Shown: in pieces, positions 35,871-48,560 of the stretch | How the letters are laid out: every line of letters begins with the position of its first letter | Numbering within the stretch: the stretch's first letter is position 1 | Source of the DNA: Lama guanicoe | Taxonomy: Eukaryota | Reading direction: 5' to 3' | Assembly: GCA_013239625.1 (NCBI GenBank) | Contig: MU054400.1 | Location: 355,146 to 419,145, forward strand | DNA length: 64,000 nt | Made by a program: the position numbers and the translations under genes | The notes under the pieces: generated by a model | Told to the model about the DNA's origin: nothing | What the model saw: only the letters and a program-made list of their open reading frames with translations | The model's database searches: none

Positions 35871-37010
35871 TTGACACCACTGAGTGAGTGGAGTCTCTGG
35901 TAGAGGTTATCAATCCTATATATATTTATTAGCAGGACTGTTTTCTGTTTCTTAGGGTGGGGTGCCCAGACATCTTTATTTCTCAGGCCTGTTTGAAGGT
36001 GAGAGTATTCAGTTCAACAGAGTTGTAATGAACTACTTTGTGAAAAGACTTGGTCTCAGTTTTGTGAGCACTTCAAATATGAAGAGGTCCCTACTTTCAA
36101 GAGCCTCCTTGAGGAAGAAGACATAAATTCATTTTTTAAAAGATGCCGGAAAGTCAATGATATAAGTTACTAAGTAACTTTTAATAAGGGCTCTGTTCCA
36201 AAATTCTGAATTATAAAATTACAACATTCACTTAGCAGAATAATCCAGGCTAAAAGCAAATCCACTTTTCTCCTTCAGTCGAAACTAAAGTTTCTATAGG
36301 TTGAAAATACAGAAGTAAAATACACAAGGAGGCAGAAAAGACAAATAGGGTAAGCATACTTAACTGCTAACTAGGCTTTTAACCCTCGAATAAACATGAT
36401 CTATATGTTACCACTTTGAAGAGGTACAAAGTGAAGGAGGGGAGAGCCTAAGAGGGGCTGGGTTTTTAATGACAGGACCTCAAGGACAGCACTGAGGCTG
36501 AACCTTCAGCACTGACTGCCTGGTCCTGGATCAGTCAGATCCAGACACTGGACCCAAGATGAGTGACTTCTTGGTACCACGCTCATACCAAACGGACCAG
36601 ACCAATTCCTAAGCCCAGAATCTAGCCAATCTTTCTTTCTTCATTCAAACCATGACTTACTCCAAAACAAACTTCAGGCCACTTAGAAATATGCAAGCAT
36701 GTTACAAGAGCAAATAAATCCAAAATAAAAAGATGAGGCCAAAATCAAGTAAAATTAATAAAGCAAGAATGGCTTGGGGAGTAAAGTCAGCCCACAAAGC
36801 ATAGCAGGAGGTCCTATGTTCTTTCGTGAGTAGCAACCTCGTAGCTGGAATACAGAGGCAAACATAGCACGTTACATGGTGCGCTGCCACCATTCTGGTA
36901 TGAAGATACCAAAGAAGCCAATCAACAGTCAGAAGATTGTTCAGAACAAAGGAGATATAATGGATCGGGAAGAGACATGCCACCTAAACCCTAGGAAAAC
37001 TTGATATCTT

Positions 37011-37065
37011 GTTGCCCGAGCAAGACCCATAGCACAGTGGGTTGCACAGCAACCCACGTGGTTGC
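37011..37065. promoter_or_regulatory. Candidate enhancer: RFX X-box pair plus E-box
   Basis: GTTGCCCGAGCAAG, GTTGCACAGCAAC and CACGTG within 55 bp of non-repeat, CpG-retaining DNA. Confidence 0.35.
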
Positions 37066-37781
37066 TGAGTGTCCTACACGGTCTCCTGTGTCTCCTCCCT
37101 GGTCAGGACGGCAGAGCTACTTCTCTGTGCCCGCTTTCCTGTGCTCACACTCCCCTTCACTGACACATTAAGTGTCACCGAGGATACGAGGTGTCTAAGG
37201 ACACTTCAACCAACTCCTTGTGTGAGTGTGAGACACACTCTGTCCAGTCCCATCTATTCATTTATCCTTGAATTTTATCAGACTGATCCTGCAAACGTAT
37301 TAGGCCAAATGCATTAGCTATAAACTAGATAGATGATTGCCCAAAAGCAGCAGTAGTGCTTCCAAGACATCGGGGATCTTGGCACAGGTTAAACTAAGAA
37401 GAGTGGCCCCAGATAAAATTCTCTCTAAGGGATCCTACTGCCAACAGCAGGACATACACAAAGCTTCTGCATAAAAATAAGCATATCTCTTCCCACAGTA
37501 ATTCAGCCAATGGGAATGTGCTCTTAGGAAGAAATGCAAAACAGAAAAAAAAAAGTACGTTCAAACATACCCGTTGTCAAAGATGTCCATGTTGTTTATA
37601 GTTCTTTATTTTTATAGAATTTGAAACAAGTGTCCAAGAATTGGGAAACTGGTAAGTAAACTACTGCATCAACTCAGTGCTATATTATATATCACTAAAA
37701 TGATGTTAAAGAAAATGCTGCTGCACTGTAGACAAAGGCTCATAATACAATTTAAGTCTTTTTTAAGGAACATAGAAACTT

Positions 37782-37807
37782 GTGTGTGTGTGTGTGTGTG
37801 TGTGTGT
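37782..37807. repeat. (TG)n microsatellite
   Basis: About 13 TG units seen directly. Confidence 0.95.
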
Positions 37808-37880
37808 ATACATTCTGAGGTACTAGGTTTTAGAGATTTCAACATGAACTGGCAGGGGAGGTCACAGTTCAAACCATACA
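37808..37880 (-). mobile_element. MLT1 (MaLR) LTR terminal fragment
   Basis: CATTCTGAGGTACTAGG...TTCAACATGAA...CACAGTTCAAACCATACA, reverse of an MLT1 5' end. Confidence 0.65.
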
Positions 37881-39720
37881 GCCCTGAACCCTGAACCCTG
37901 CTTTCTTGAAACTCTTCATCTAAAACATAAACTAACATGAATGAACAAAAAACAAATTGAGAAAGCACTGAGAACCCCTGACCTGCGCTGTTTTGGGGTG
38001 GAATTAGCACTGGTATTGTGTGTGACTTTTTGACTGTGTGCAGCTGCCACTTTACCCTTAAATATTCTGAATCATGTAATGAACCATGTCAGAAAGGAGT
38101 TCCTAGAGTCATGCTTTTCTGTTCCTAAATCCAGCCTCATGACATGGCACCATGAGCCCTCAGATCCTTCCTCCTGTGCCCTGAACTGATCTTGTAACAG
38201 ACCCTGGATTCTCCCGGAGTAGATCTTACAAGCTGTTAAAGAAAGCATGATATAATCACTCCGTAAGCACTTCTAGACACCCACAGTGCACATAGTCCTC
38301 TTCTCCGCTAGGGGCTAGAGGAAACAAAGACAAGGCTACCCAGCGGATTTGGCCCTACCTTCAAATAGCCCTTAGGCTGCTCAGAAATAACAGCAGAAAG
38401 GAGGAAGCTACCCTCACGACACACACATTTAGATGTCCACTGAATTCACAGTTATCATAGGTGAGACAGAATGAAAAGGAAAACAGCCCAGACTGCTAAT
38501 GAGTGGGAAGACTTGACAGCCTAGACATAAGCATGTCTCCAGAAGAGAGAAATTCCCATTAGGTCTCATGCTTTTCCCCTCCAGGGAACAAGTCACAGTA
38601 CCTTTTCCCAAGTCTCATGGCCTCATCTTTTTATTTCGACTGCAACAGTTTTTCACTAGTAGAGAGCTATCATATATAAAGCAAGTATTTAAAATACGCA
38701 TTTGAACAAAAGATATTTTGCCCACAAACTACTCATTTCCAAAAGCATCAAAAAAAGGTGTCTGAAACTGTCACTGTTAGGAGGATCCACATTATGAATC
38801 TTCTCAGGGCAAGTTTTCTTCCCCTCCTGCCAATCCAGTATCATGTCTCCCTTCCCATCCTCAAAAAGATCAATTTTCAGAAAAAAATTGAAGTGTAAAT
38901 CAAAGTACGCCTATAGCTTGTCATTTCACTGAGCAGAGTGACAAGCACTTGTTAAATGCTTCCTATGTGCCTAGCCATGTTCTAAGTGCTTGGAGGCACA
39001 AAAGAAGCACAAGGAATCTCTCTGGATCCATTTAAAACCCATTTTGGCACATTGAAAATGCCTCAAAGGTTCTGAAGGATAAAGAGGGACAGCATCTCTT
39101 CAGGAAACTTTTTTCCTCTGTGAACCTTTGAAGTGCATGTTAAATACTACAGAAGAGTATTTGAAACTTAGAGTCTTAAAGGGGAAAAAGCCAGACTGGC
39201 CTGAGGATTGAAAGATAGGTTGTAACAGCCACTATGAGGCATTCTTCAGGGAAAACAGTGCCTTTGGGTTTATGAGTTATTCCTTAGCAAGGCAGCATCT
39301 AGCTGGCTGACACTGTGGGTGTTTCAAGCAAAACTTTCATCCTGGCTGGAAGGCAAGAGCTCTAAAGCCAAGCAAGGGCTGCCATGTGTTCCTGGAGGGC
39401 AGTTCTAAATCACAAGGTCATGGAGAAACAGAGTGAGGAGAGCAGGCAGCACAGATAGAGGAGGTTTTGCTGTCTTGTCCACAGAAGGAAATGACAAATG
39501 TCAGAAGCAGAGCTGCTCAAGGCCTCATTAGGAGGTAGGAAGCCAAGAGGAGCACTCATTTTCAGAAGATAATCACAGGGATCATCTTCTTTACAATAAT
39601 TTTGATTCAAAGGTCAGAGTGGTATAGCCTCAAGACTCTGACACAAAACAGAGTTAGTCTGAGACCCAAGAGCATTAAGTAGATAAGGTTTAAAGATAAA
39701 TGATTCATTGGCATAGGTTA

Positions 39721-40775
39721 CAGGCATCCCCGGCTTTGCACAGTTCCAAGATGTACAAATTTTAGTTACCATAGTTTAAATAACACCAGTCATTCAATAA
39801 AACAATTCAAATTTCAGTTAACACCATATGTTAGCCTGAGTCATCACATAAGATATAAATTTTGTGCTAACCTTCAGTTCACCAACCACAATACAACAGA
39901 TGGGCATCATGATCAGTGACCACTCACATCTCTTCTGCCCAAGTCTGTTCGTGACTGGCCACTGTACATTTGCTATTCATTTCTTTCACAGACAGTAATG
40001 AGCACAGTTGTGTTGCCTCCTTTTTTTCCAGTGATAAACTCACGAAACATTTTACAACAAAGATTAAAGTGCAGCAAATATAAAGTGATAATGTTGGAAA
40101 TGAAACTGGATGCAGTTAGAAGATCTGAAAAATGACAAAAGAAAAGCAAAAATAGGATGAGATCTAGGCTTTCATGAAGTTATGGTCTAAACTATGTTGA
40201 CAAAATTCAATGAATACAAAAGACAAGGTAAAGTTGCTTCCACATATTTTAGCTTAAATTGTAGTAGGGACAGAAAGGCAATTATGGTTGAAATGGAGCA
40301 TTTACTTCTACTTTGGACTAAAGACTGCAATTAAAAAAAAAAATCCAAATCAGTTCCACTAGCATTCAGGCCAACACATTAAAGCTGGCTACCATGTTGA
40401 AAGAAAATGGCGATACAGGGAGACCAAAAAAGAACCTTTACTGCCAGTAAAGTCTGGTTTCACTGTTTCTGATATTGGCATGAATTAATTAAGATTAAGC
40501 TATCTGATGAAGTGGGTACAAATAAGGATGCTGCTGTGAAATTTGAATCCAGATTGTAAGAATTAGTTAAAGCAGGTAGTTATGATGCTGACATGAAAGT
40601 GGCTGTGACAAAAGAATGAAGATGTCCCAGAGGAAGTGACACTGGCAAAAAAAGACAAAAACCCTCAGGTTAAGAGAACTCTCAGATATTTCACGACACT
40701 GAAAGTGCAAAGGAGAAAATGTTGAAAGATGATTCAAACTTAGAAAGGATTCTGACAATCTGCCAAGGCATAAAG
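39721..40775 (+). mobile_element. Tigger13-like DNA transposon with transposase N-terminal remnant
   Basis: TA|CAGGCATCCCCGGCTTTGCACAGTT start; decayed frames MVEMEHLLLLWTKDCN, FTASKVWFHCF, IKLSDE..DAAVKF..ELVKAGSY (CENP-B-type HTH); C-terminal EDVPEEVT segment. Confidence 0.75.
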
Positions 40776-40982
40776 TACTGATACATGCTACAACATGGAT
40801 GAACCTTGACTATCACGTGAAGTGAAAGAAGCCAGTCATAGAAGACTTCATTTATATAATTCCATTAACATGAAATGTCCAGAGTAGGTAAATCTATACA
40901 TACACAAAGTAGATTAATGTGTGCTTAGGGATGGGTGGGGGGAGGTGGAATTGGAGGGTGATAGCTATAAGGTATGGGGTTT
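40776..40982 (+). mobile_element. Old L1 (L1MB-like) 3' fragment
   Basis: TACTGATACATGCTACAACATGGATGAACCTTGA...AAATGTCCAGAGTAGGTAAATCTATA. Confidence 0.8.
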
Positions 40983-41339
40983 AAGCCATCTGTTTAAAGT
41001 TATCAGAGAGTTGTCAAAATAACCAGGCTATAAAGGGCCAAAATTCCAAAGAACAGGGAAGCTCACTAAAGTGAGTCCAATATTCTTTTTACCTCTTTTT
41101 TCCTCAGGGAAATGTTTCTTAGGCTGGTAGGTGTTGTAAGGGGCCGGGATAGGAGGGCAGGAGGGAGGGTGAGAGTGGTGAGAAACCAGGCAGAGAATGG
41201 ATGCTAGCAGCAAACATAGTCATAATCTCACAGACTCGGGGAGGGAAAATAAAAGGTGGGGCCTACAAAGACAGTCAGGACTTAAACAGTCAAGGCTCCT
41301 GAAGAGGGGAGGCTTAGGAGAGACATCCTGGCATTCAAT

Positions 41340-41760
41340 GATTTTCTTTCAAGATTAATAAAACTGGCCATCCTTTTTAGCAAGATCAATCAAGAAAAAA
41401 AGAGGAAAAGTACAGATTACCAATAGCAGAAGTAAAAATGGAGGCCTCACTACAGAGCCTGCAAACATCAGAGACACCAATGGAATTTTAGAACATTTTT
41501 AAGACAATAAACTTGATATTTTAGATAAAATGGACAAACTCCTAGAAGAATAAAACTTAACCAAAACTGATATATAGGAAGAAATATAAAATGTAAACAA
41601 TGCTTAAGCCATTAAAGAAACTAAATCTATCATTTTAAAATCTTTCCACAGAGGAATCTCCAGAGCCTGTTGGTTTCACTGATGAATTCTTCCATTTAAG
41701 GAAGGAACACCAATACTAAGAAAACCTCTCTCAGAGAAGACGACCTATAACTAAGTGAAT
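41340..41760 (+). mobile_element. Old L1 ORF2 fragment
   Basis: CACTACAGAGCCTGCAAACAT, GATAAAATGGACAAACTCCTAGAA and GGTTTCACTGATGAATTCT, typical L1M ORF2. Confidence 0.75.
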
Positions 41761-43022
41761 TTATCAAATTTACCAATAAACAAGGTCAATATACAACAAA
41801 AATAAAATACCAAAAATAAACTGTAAGAAAATGAGATGTGAAAAATGAGGTAATAGTAACTCTCACCCCCTCTCCTCAATGGAGCTCAGATCGAATTTTT
41901 TAAATGATCGTCTGATGATGAATTTAACACCTTGGAGGAAGTCATAAGGTCTATATTTGAATAACTAGACTCCTTTTTATCCAACAAACATGAACACATG
42001 CATGTCTTTCTTTTAGACAGGCCTTCAAAACAAATCTTCTGGCATTTAGCTGCAAGGAAACCCAACATCCCAGGTGCCACAATAGTTCCAGGCACGTCTG
42101 CCTGAGCTCCAGGAAGCTAAGTCATACAGCTGATACAATCCACAAGCTCACTTTCAGTTTATTTTCAAGGGGAACCCTTGTTTTGGGGACACTGATTCTG
42201 TAAGACCTTCCTTGGGCCTGGCTGGAGAACCTCCAGAAATGTCAACAAAAGGGTAAGGACCAGACGTCAAGAAGCCTGGCTGGTGAGCCTCACAATTTGA
42301 TGGAGAATCTGTTCTAAAGACTATTAACACTTACCTACTACCACTGCATCGATGCTTGTTTGCAAATATGATTATAACAAGTACAACAAAGGGTTATTAA
42401 TACCCTTAGTATCTAAGGAACATACAAATGTCAATCCAAAAGACCTCTAAGACCCAAAATATAAGTAGGCAACAATCCTGAACAGAATTTACAGAAAAAA
42501 TATTAATACAAATATCCAATAACCATCTGAAAAGTATTGGCCTGGGGTAGAAATCAAAATTAAAGTTAAAGTGAGTTACCTGTTTTTACAAACATACTAG
42601 CAGAGATTTTTTAAATAATAATTTTCACACACACAAGAGATGGGCACCCTTGTATCTGCTGGTGGTGTGTTAATATACCTTCAAAATCCGTGAAAGCTTA
42701 ACAGAAAGAGATCCGAACAAGGCTAATTCTAATCTAAATGCTGTAAAGAAACAAATGCTGTGGGGATGGGGGTTAATATATTCTAGCCCACCTCATGTCT
42801 AAATAAGTTAAAAAAGCTTTTACTTGAAATAAGTACTGCCCTCTGGCTACAGCAAATAAGACTACTATCTTCCTTTATGCTGTTGACCTGGTGTTTCTAT
42901 CAGGAATCAGGAATGACCTTACTGGAGAGCTAAATCTACTGGCAAACTATGTTAGAAAGAAGAGTTTGGTAGAACATATTTCAGCATTCAGATTGACAAC
43001 GTACTCTCAATACAGCCCTCCA

Positions 43023-43063
43023 ACACACACACACACACACACGCACGCACGCACGCACGCACA
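43023..43063. repeat. (CA)n(CACG)n microsatellite
   Basis: Seen directly. Confidence 0.9.
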
Positions 43064-43099
43064 TGTAGTTTCTGAAATTGTTTCTTCCCTTTATTTTCA

Positions 43100-44200
43100 A
43101 AACTTTTCAAAGTTTTTCCTTTCAATCCTCTAACTTCTTTTTGGCCAGTCTTCCCTCCCTGTCAGCTAGTTTTCCTCTGTCTGCCCCTTAAACACCCCAA
43201 AAGTTTCATATTCTTGCGTCTGTTTTCTTTAAGGTTTATACCTTCTTGCCGTGTGGTCTCAGACTCTACTATTGCTTCAAGAAGCATCTCTGTGCTAACA
43301 ACTTTCAAATCCATTATCTCCAAACCTGCGTGAACTTTCCTCACAAATACTAGATCCATGTCTCTTGTATTGCCTTCAAATGTACACATCTAAAATGGAA
43401 TTTTCCTTTCTTAACCTATATCATCCACTTTTTATCCTGTATTTATTCACTCCAACAAATAGTTACCCAGGGTCAGCCACTGCTGACCACTTTTTCTTCC
43501 AAGCTAGACACTTGTGAATCAACCTTCATTCTTTTCAGCCCTTCTCCTGTTCAGGTCAACCATGTCTTCTAACTTAGGTCCCTTAAAATCTGCCCTTTTC
43601 TTCAACCCCACCAACACTTCAGCCCCAGTTCTCATCATCTTTCACCAGGATGCCTGCAGCAACCTCCTATATGTTTTCCCTGCTGGTGAAGTCAGTCCAC
43701 TTTCCACACAGTTGGCAGAATTAAATTCCTAAAAAAGTAAATCAGGCCATGTCACTCCCTGTTCTTAAAAGCCTTCATAGCTCATAGCAATGGTGGGGTC
43801 TGTGGACCAACTGCACTGGAATCAGCTGGGGAGCTCATTAAGCTGTCGCTTTCTGAGCCCCAGATCGACTGCAACCATCTCCTTGGAGAGGAGGCCTAAG
43901 AATCCCCACTTCTTAACAAGCTCCCCAGGTGATTGTTGTGCCCACTAAAGGTGGAGACAACTTCCTGAGGCAGAAAATACAAGGTGCTCCACACTATACT
44001 GTGGGTCCTCCAGGCCCAGCTGATCTCAGCTCCCTCCACTCTATACCGTGCACCCTACACATCAGTCACACTGTGCTTGTTACTCTTGTCTAGACACTTC
44101 GAGGTCTCCCACACCTCCATGCCTTTCTCTATACACCACTCCTCTGCCTCCTTCGCCAAGCAAAACCTGATCTACCTTCCTCTGAGAACACTTCCCTGAC
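43100..44200 (+). mobile_element. L2 LINE fragment with nested MER5-like MITE
   Basis: Pyrimidine-rich L2 phrases (AAATCAGGCCATGTCACTCCCTG, CTCCCACACCTCCATGCCTTT). Confidence 0.65.
43786..43962 (+). mobile_element. MER5-like hAT-Charlie MITE
   Basis: GAATCAGCTGGGGAGCT...TTAACAAGCTCCCCAGGTGATT internal inverted motif typical of MER5. Confidence 0.7.
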
Positions 44201-44419
44201 CACCACTCCCTGCTTCATCAGCTCTGCTTACAATGTAAAGTTCTATTAGAAAAAACTGTTTTTTCATGATCAGGAAAAACAACCTTTACCATGCAAGACA
44301 GGCCTGCCTCTGAAATTTAGTTTCTAACCTTGTAACAAGTTAGCTCAACAAAAAACTCCTTATTTTAGCTGCCTACATTCCTCAGATAATTATAATTTGA
44401 TGTAATGCTCTACTGTCAC

Positions 44420-44964
44420 TGGGATGATTAATTTTCTATGTGAACTTGACTGGGCCTTAGGGTGCCCAGACACTTGGACAAACATTATTTTGGGTGTACC
44501 TGTGAAGGTGTTTCTGGGTGAGATTAACATTTGAATTGGGAGACTGAGTAAAGCAGATTGCCCTTCTCAATGTGGGTGGGCCTCACCCAATCAACTGAAG
44601 AAATGAACAGAACAAGGAGGCTGAGTAAGAGGGAGTTCCTCCTGCCTGAGTTTTTGAGCTGGGACATTTGCCTTCTTCTGGCCTTTGGACTCAGACTGAA
44701 ACATCAACTCTTTCTGGGTCTGGAGCCTGTCTGCTTTCAGACTGGAATTTACACCATCAGCTTTCCTGGTTCCCAGGCCTTTGGACACAGATTGGAACTA
44801 CATATTGGCTCTCCTGGGTCTCCAGCTTGCAACATGAAGATCTTGGGACCTCTCAGCCTCCATAATCACATAATCCAATTCCTTATAATAAGTAATGTTT
44901 GTTTGCTTGTATATATATTCACATCCTGTTGGTTCTCTTTCTCTGGAGAACCATGACTAATACA
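44420..44964 (+). mobile_element. Complete MLT2 (ERVL) solo LTR
   Basis: TG...CA ends, MLT2 phrases (TTAATTTTCTATGTGAACTTGACTGGGCC; CTCTGGAGAACCATGACTAATACA), perfect 5-bp TSD GTCAC (44415-44419 / 44965-44969). Confidence 0.92.
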
Positions 44965-45029
44965 GTCACCAAGTGACTATATTCTCCCCCACTGAAAACC
45001 TCATCCATTATATTAAATGCTCCACTAAG

Positions 45030-46214
45030 ACAGTGCTAGACACAACATGAGTGTGCTGCTGATGCCCAAGTGTATATCACTTCCCTGAGTTCCACACTCA
45101 TGGACCCCACTGTCTGCCTCACATCTCAACTGAGTTATCACAGAAATAACTCAAATTGAACATATTCAAAACAGAACTCCTGATTTTGCTCCCAAACCAG
45201 GTTTTGCCCAGTCTTCACTGTCTCAAAAGGTGAATCCTCATTCATCCCTTTACTCAAGCCAAATTCAACACCCATTTATGACAAAAACTCTCACCAAAGT
45301 GGGTATAGAGGGAACATATCTCAACATAATAAAAGCTATTTATGACAAACCTACAGCCAGCATAGTACTCAACGGTGAAAGACTCAAAAAGCTTCCCACT
45401 AAAATCTCGGACAAAACAAGGCTGCCCATTTACTCAGGCCAAAATCTAGAGCAATCTCAATCCTCTCTTTATCTCATTTCCCCTCATGCAGCTAATAAGC
45501 AAGTCTTGTTGATTCTACTTCAGCATGAACACGTAACACCACCTCTACCAGCTTTCTCCTGGACCAGGCCACCATCATCTCTCACGCAAATGCTTGCAAT
45601 AGCCTCCCAGACAGTCTCTGCTTCCACTCTTGCCTTCTGCGGACTAGTCTCCATAGAGTAGCCAGTGGGAACTAGAATTAGACATTTTAAAAGGTGGCGT
45701 AACTCCCTGCTCAAAACTTCCAGCAGCTCCACAATCTTGCTTGGGGAACAAATTCAAATTTCTACAAACTCATCCATGGCTACCATCTCTAGCTTCTTCT
45801 CTGACCAGTCCCCTGCCACTCACCCCCACCATTGCTGTATCTCCCCAACCATGTACAAGTCTTCTACAGTATCACTGGCTCTTTCTCAAACAGATCAAAT
45901 TTTTTCCTACCTCTGGCCTTGGAGTTTGCTGTTTCCTTTCCTGAAATGCTCTCTGCATGGCTCACTCCCTCTCATCATTCAGGTATCTGCTCAGACGTCA
46001 CCTCCTCAGAGAGACCTTTGTTCCCTTGCCTTCCTAGCATGGTCTACCACATTAATCCACTTCAGAGCACTCACCACTACCTGATGGTACTTTATTCACT
46101 GACTTGGTTGTTGACTCTCTCCCTCCACTAAAATATAAACCTCTTAAGGTCAGAGAATTTGTTTTTCCTGTATATCTTCATATCCAGGGTACCTGGAACA
46201 CAGTATGTGCACAA

Positions 46215-46215
<1 letters not shown>
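45030..46215 (+). mobile_element. L2 (L2a-like) 3' portion
   Basis: CTCAAATTGAACATATTCAAAACAGAACTCCTGAT and terminal ACCTGGAACACAGTATGTGCACAATAAAT. Confidence 0.8.
45264..45428 (+). mobile_element. Internal L1 ORF2 (RT region) fragment without 3' end
   Basis: [39 protein letters not shown] in ORF 45230..; flanked by TTTACTCA(A/G)GCCAAA. Confidence 0.9.
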
Positions 46216-46297
<82 letters not shown>

Positions 46298-46299
46298 AT
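46213..46299. repeat. Perfect (AAAT)n microsatellite, about 22 units
   Basis: 87 nt uninterrupted, seen directly. Confidence 0.97.
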
Positions 46300-48137
46300 G
46301 GGGAGATTCTTCTTGTATATAGTACCAAAAAAAATTCAGTGTTCGTAAACTATTATGTACCCTCTTATGAGACAAGGAAATTATATAATTCATCCTGTTT
46401 CCCCTTTTCTTAACTTCCAGGAAGCCCAATTCTAAATTTTGTATTCAAACTCAACAACTTAGCTTAAATTGGGTTTCCTTTTCAATTATCCCTCTATTAC
46501 ATGGGCCTTGATCTTTTATCATTGTTGCAACATTTTATAGAGCTATCTTTTATTATAAACCATCTTGATTCTTTTGTGTAGGCAGACTACAAAAATTAAT
46601 ACAATCTTGTCCTCTGCTGGTTTTTTTGATTCATATACGTTAATACTGTCTCTCTAACATGACTAAGCTTCCTGAAAGCATACCTATATATAATTGCCCT
46701 TCTTATGCCCTCAAGCACATATAAAGGGGTAGAACTTATATTTGCTCAACAAGATTCTTAATGCACTGATGTCTGCAATGATTGACTGATTGATCAACAG
46801 CATGACCTGACTTTAGTTACAAGTGAATAAGCTAGGGTCTAGAAAAAAATTGTCATCTCCCTTTCAAAAAGTAGACAAAGATTTGTTAGAAGGGAGAGAG
46901 CAGGAGTTATGTGATATAAAAGAGAACTTAATTTGGTGAGTTGGACCAGGAGGACACCACAGGCACAGCTAAACTGGATGCAAAGCTTAGTGCAGAAAAC
47001 ACAGAAGAAACATCCAAGAAAATGCCCCAGAAACCTGGTGGAGAGAAAGTGAAATAAGGGAGGGAAAGAAGCTTGAGGATGCCTCAAGGTTAGCCTTCAA
47101 GAAAGGCGAAAGGTATTGATCCAAATCTTGCTGGAGAAATAATGAAGACCCCTTGGCAGAATGGATGAGGTAGAGGGGAGATGGATAAATCTGGTATTAA
47201 AGGGATGGGAGCAGTCGAGGGCTTTGTCATTAACACTGCTTGAGAACTGCCTGGAGGTGAGGACCCAACAGACATCCCTGTGGGGTCTAAACTGAGGTTT
47301 GAGACAAGACAGGGAAAAGAGAGAGAGAGGTAAATTCTGAAACAAACCTGGCAGGTCTACCCCCTAACCCTTAACTCTTGACGTTTAGCAAAAAGCCCAG
47401 CACTACCCGTGAAGCCAGCAGGCAGGAGTGGATGTTGGCCCCACTGGCATCTGTCCAGCCACCGGGCACTCCACGTCTTTCCAAAACTCTTTGGCAGCAG
47501 CTTCAGTGCTAGACAAGTGCAAGGTTGTGAGTTTCTTTAGGGATTTCCCCACCCCCCACAGGCCTCCTGAATCTGCAGTTTGCATTCCTCACACTGGGAG
47601 AGGGCCCAAGATCCCCTCATTAAATAGGATGGAAAAACAAAAAACGAAAAGCTGACATCCCACATCCATAGCCTCTGTTTCAGCACCCAGAGCCTTCTAA
47701 TGGATACTCTGCTCACACTTTAATGTCTACATAGGGGCCCAGAAATAGCAGGGACAAAATGTGAAGTTTCATCTGAAAATTGTGCCAAATAACTGCATGT
47801 TAGTCAGAGTAACTTACATAATATACCAGGGTTTTTGTGGGGGTTTTTAGTGCTCTCCAAGTACAGTTCTCCACTGCTGAGATACTTACCTATTCCAGAG
47901 CAGGAAACAGATGGTAGGGCTAGTTTCAGCATGTGAGGGAGAGCACTTTAGCTTAGAGAACTTTTTGTCCTAACATGGGACCAAACCTAAAACCACTGGC
48001 ATCTTCAAAATCTCTGGTGAGCATTCATTAAATGAGGCATTTTTGGCCCCACAAAGAAATCAGGCTACCCTGATGCAAGAGCTGAGAGGTCACTCATAAA
48101 TCTAATTGGTATATGCAGGCCCAATGAAGTAGCAAGA

Positions 48138-48229
48138 TTTTTTCCCCCTTAATGGAGGCACTGAGGATTGAACCCAGGACCTTGTGCACACCAAGCCCAC
48201 ACTTTACCACTGAATTATAGCCCCACCCC
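48138..48229 (-). mobile_element. tRNA-derived SINE (vic-1-like), more diverged
   Basis: TGGAGGCACTGAGGATTGAACCCAGGACC...TACCACTGAATTATAG. Confidence 0.85.
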
Positions 48230-48344
48230 ACAAAATGGAATAAATTCACAATAAATCTTGGAAGAAATGGTCCACTAACAGCTTCCACTGCCCTCTACAC
48301 CTGCAGAGGCACAGCCAGATCCATACGAGAGCCCACCAACATCA

Positions 48345-48560
48345 AAGCATGTGCTCACTGAATACTTACCATCTTCCAAGCACTATGCTTACACCATCAT
48401 CTCATGTAAGCCTTCCAACAACCCTGCAAGGTTGTACCACTATCACCCCATTTCACAGATGAAGAAACTCATTAAGGTTAAGCCTTCACCGAGTTGGTGG
48501 AGCTGGTATTCGGACCCACATGTTCTGACTCAAGAACTCCCATTCTTAGCCTCTAAGCTA
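48345..48560 (-). mobile_element. MIR SINE
   Basis: CCCCATTTCACAGATGAAGAAACT, reverse MIR core. Confidence 0.75.

Noticed and set aside
46128..46429. ORFs with (FIYL)n hydrophobic repeats
   Set aside because: Translation of the (AAAT)n microsatellite.
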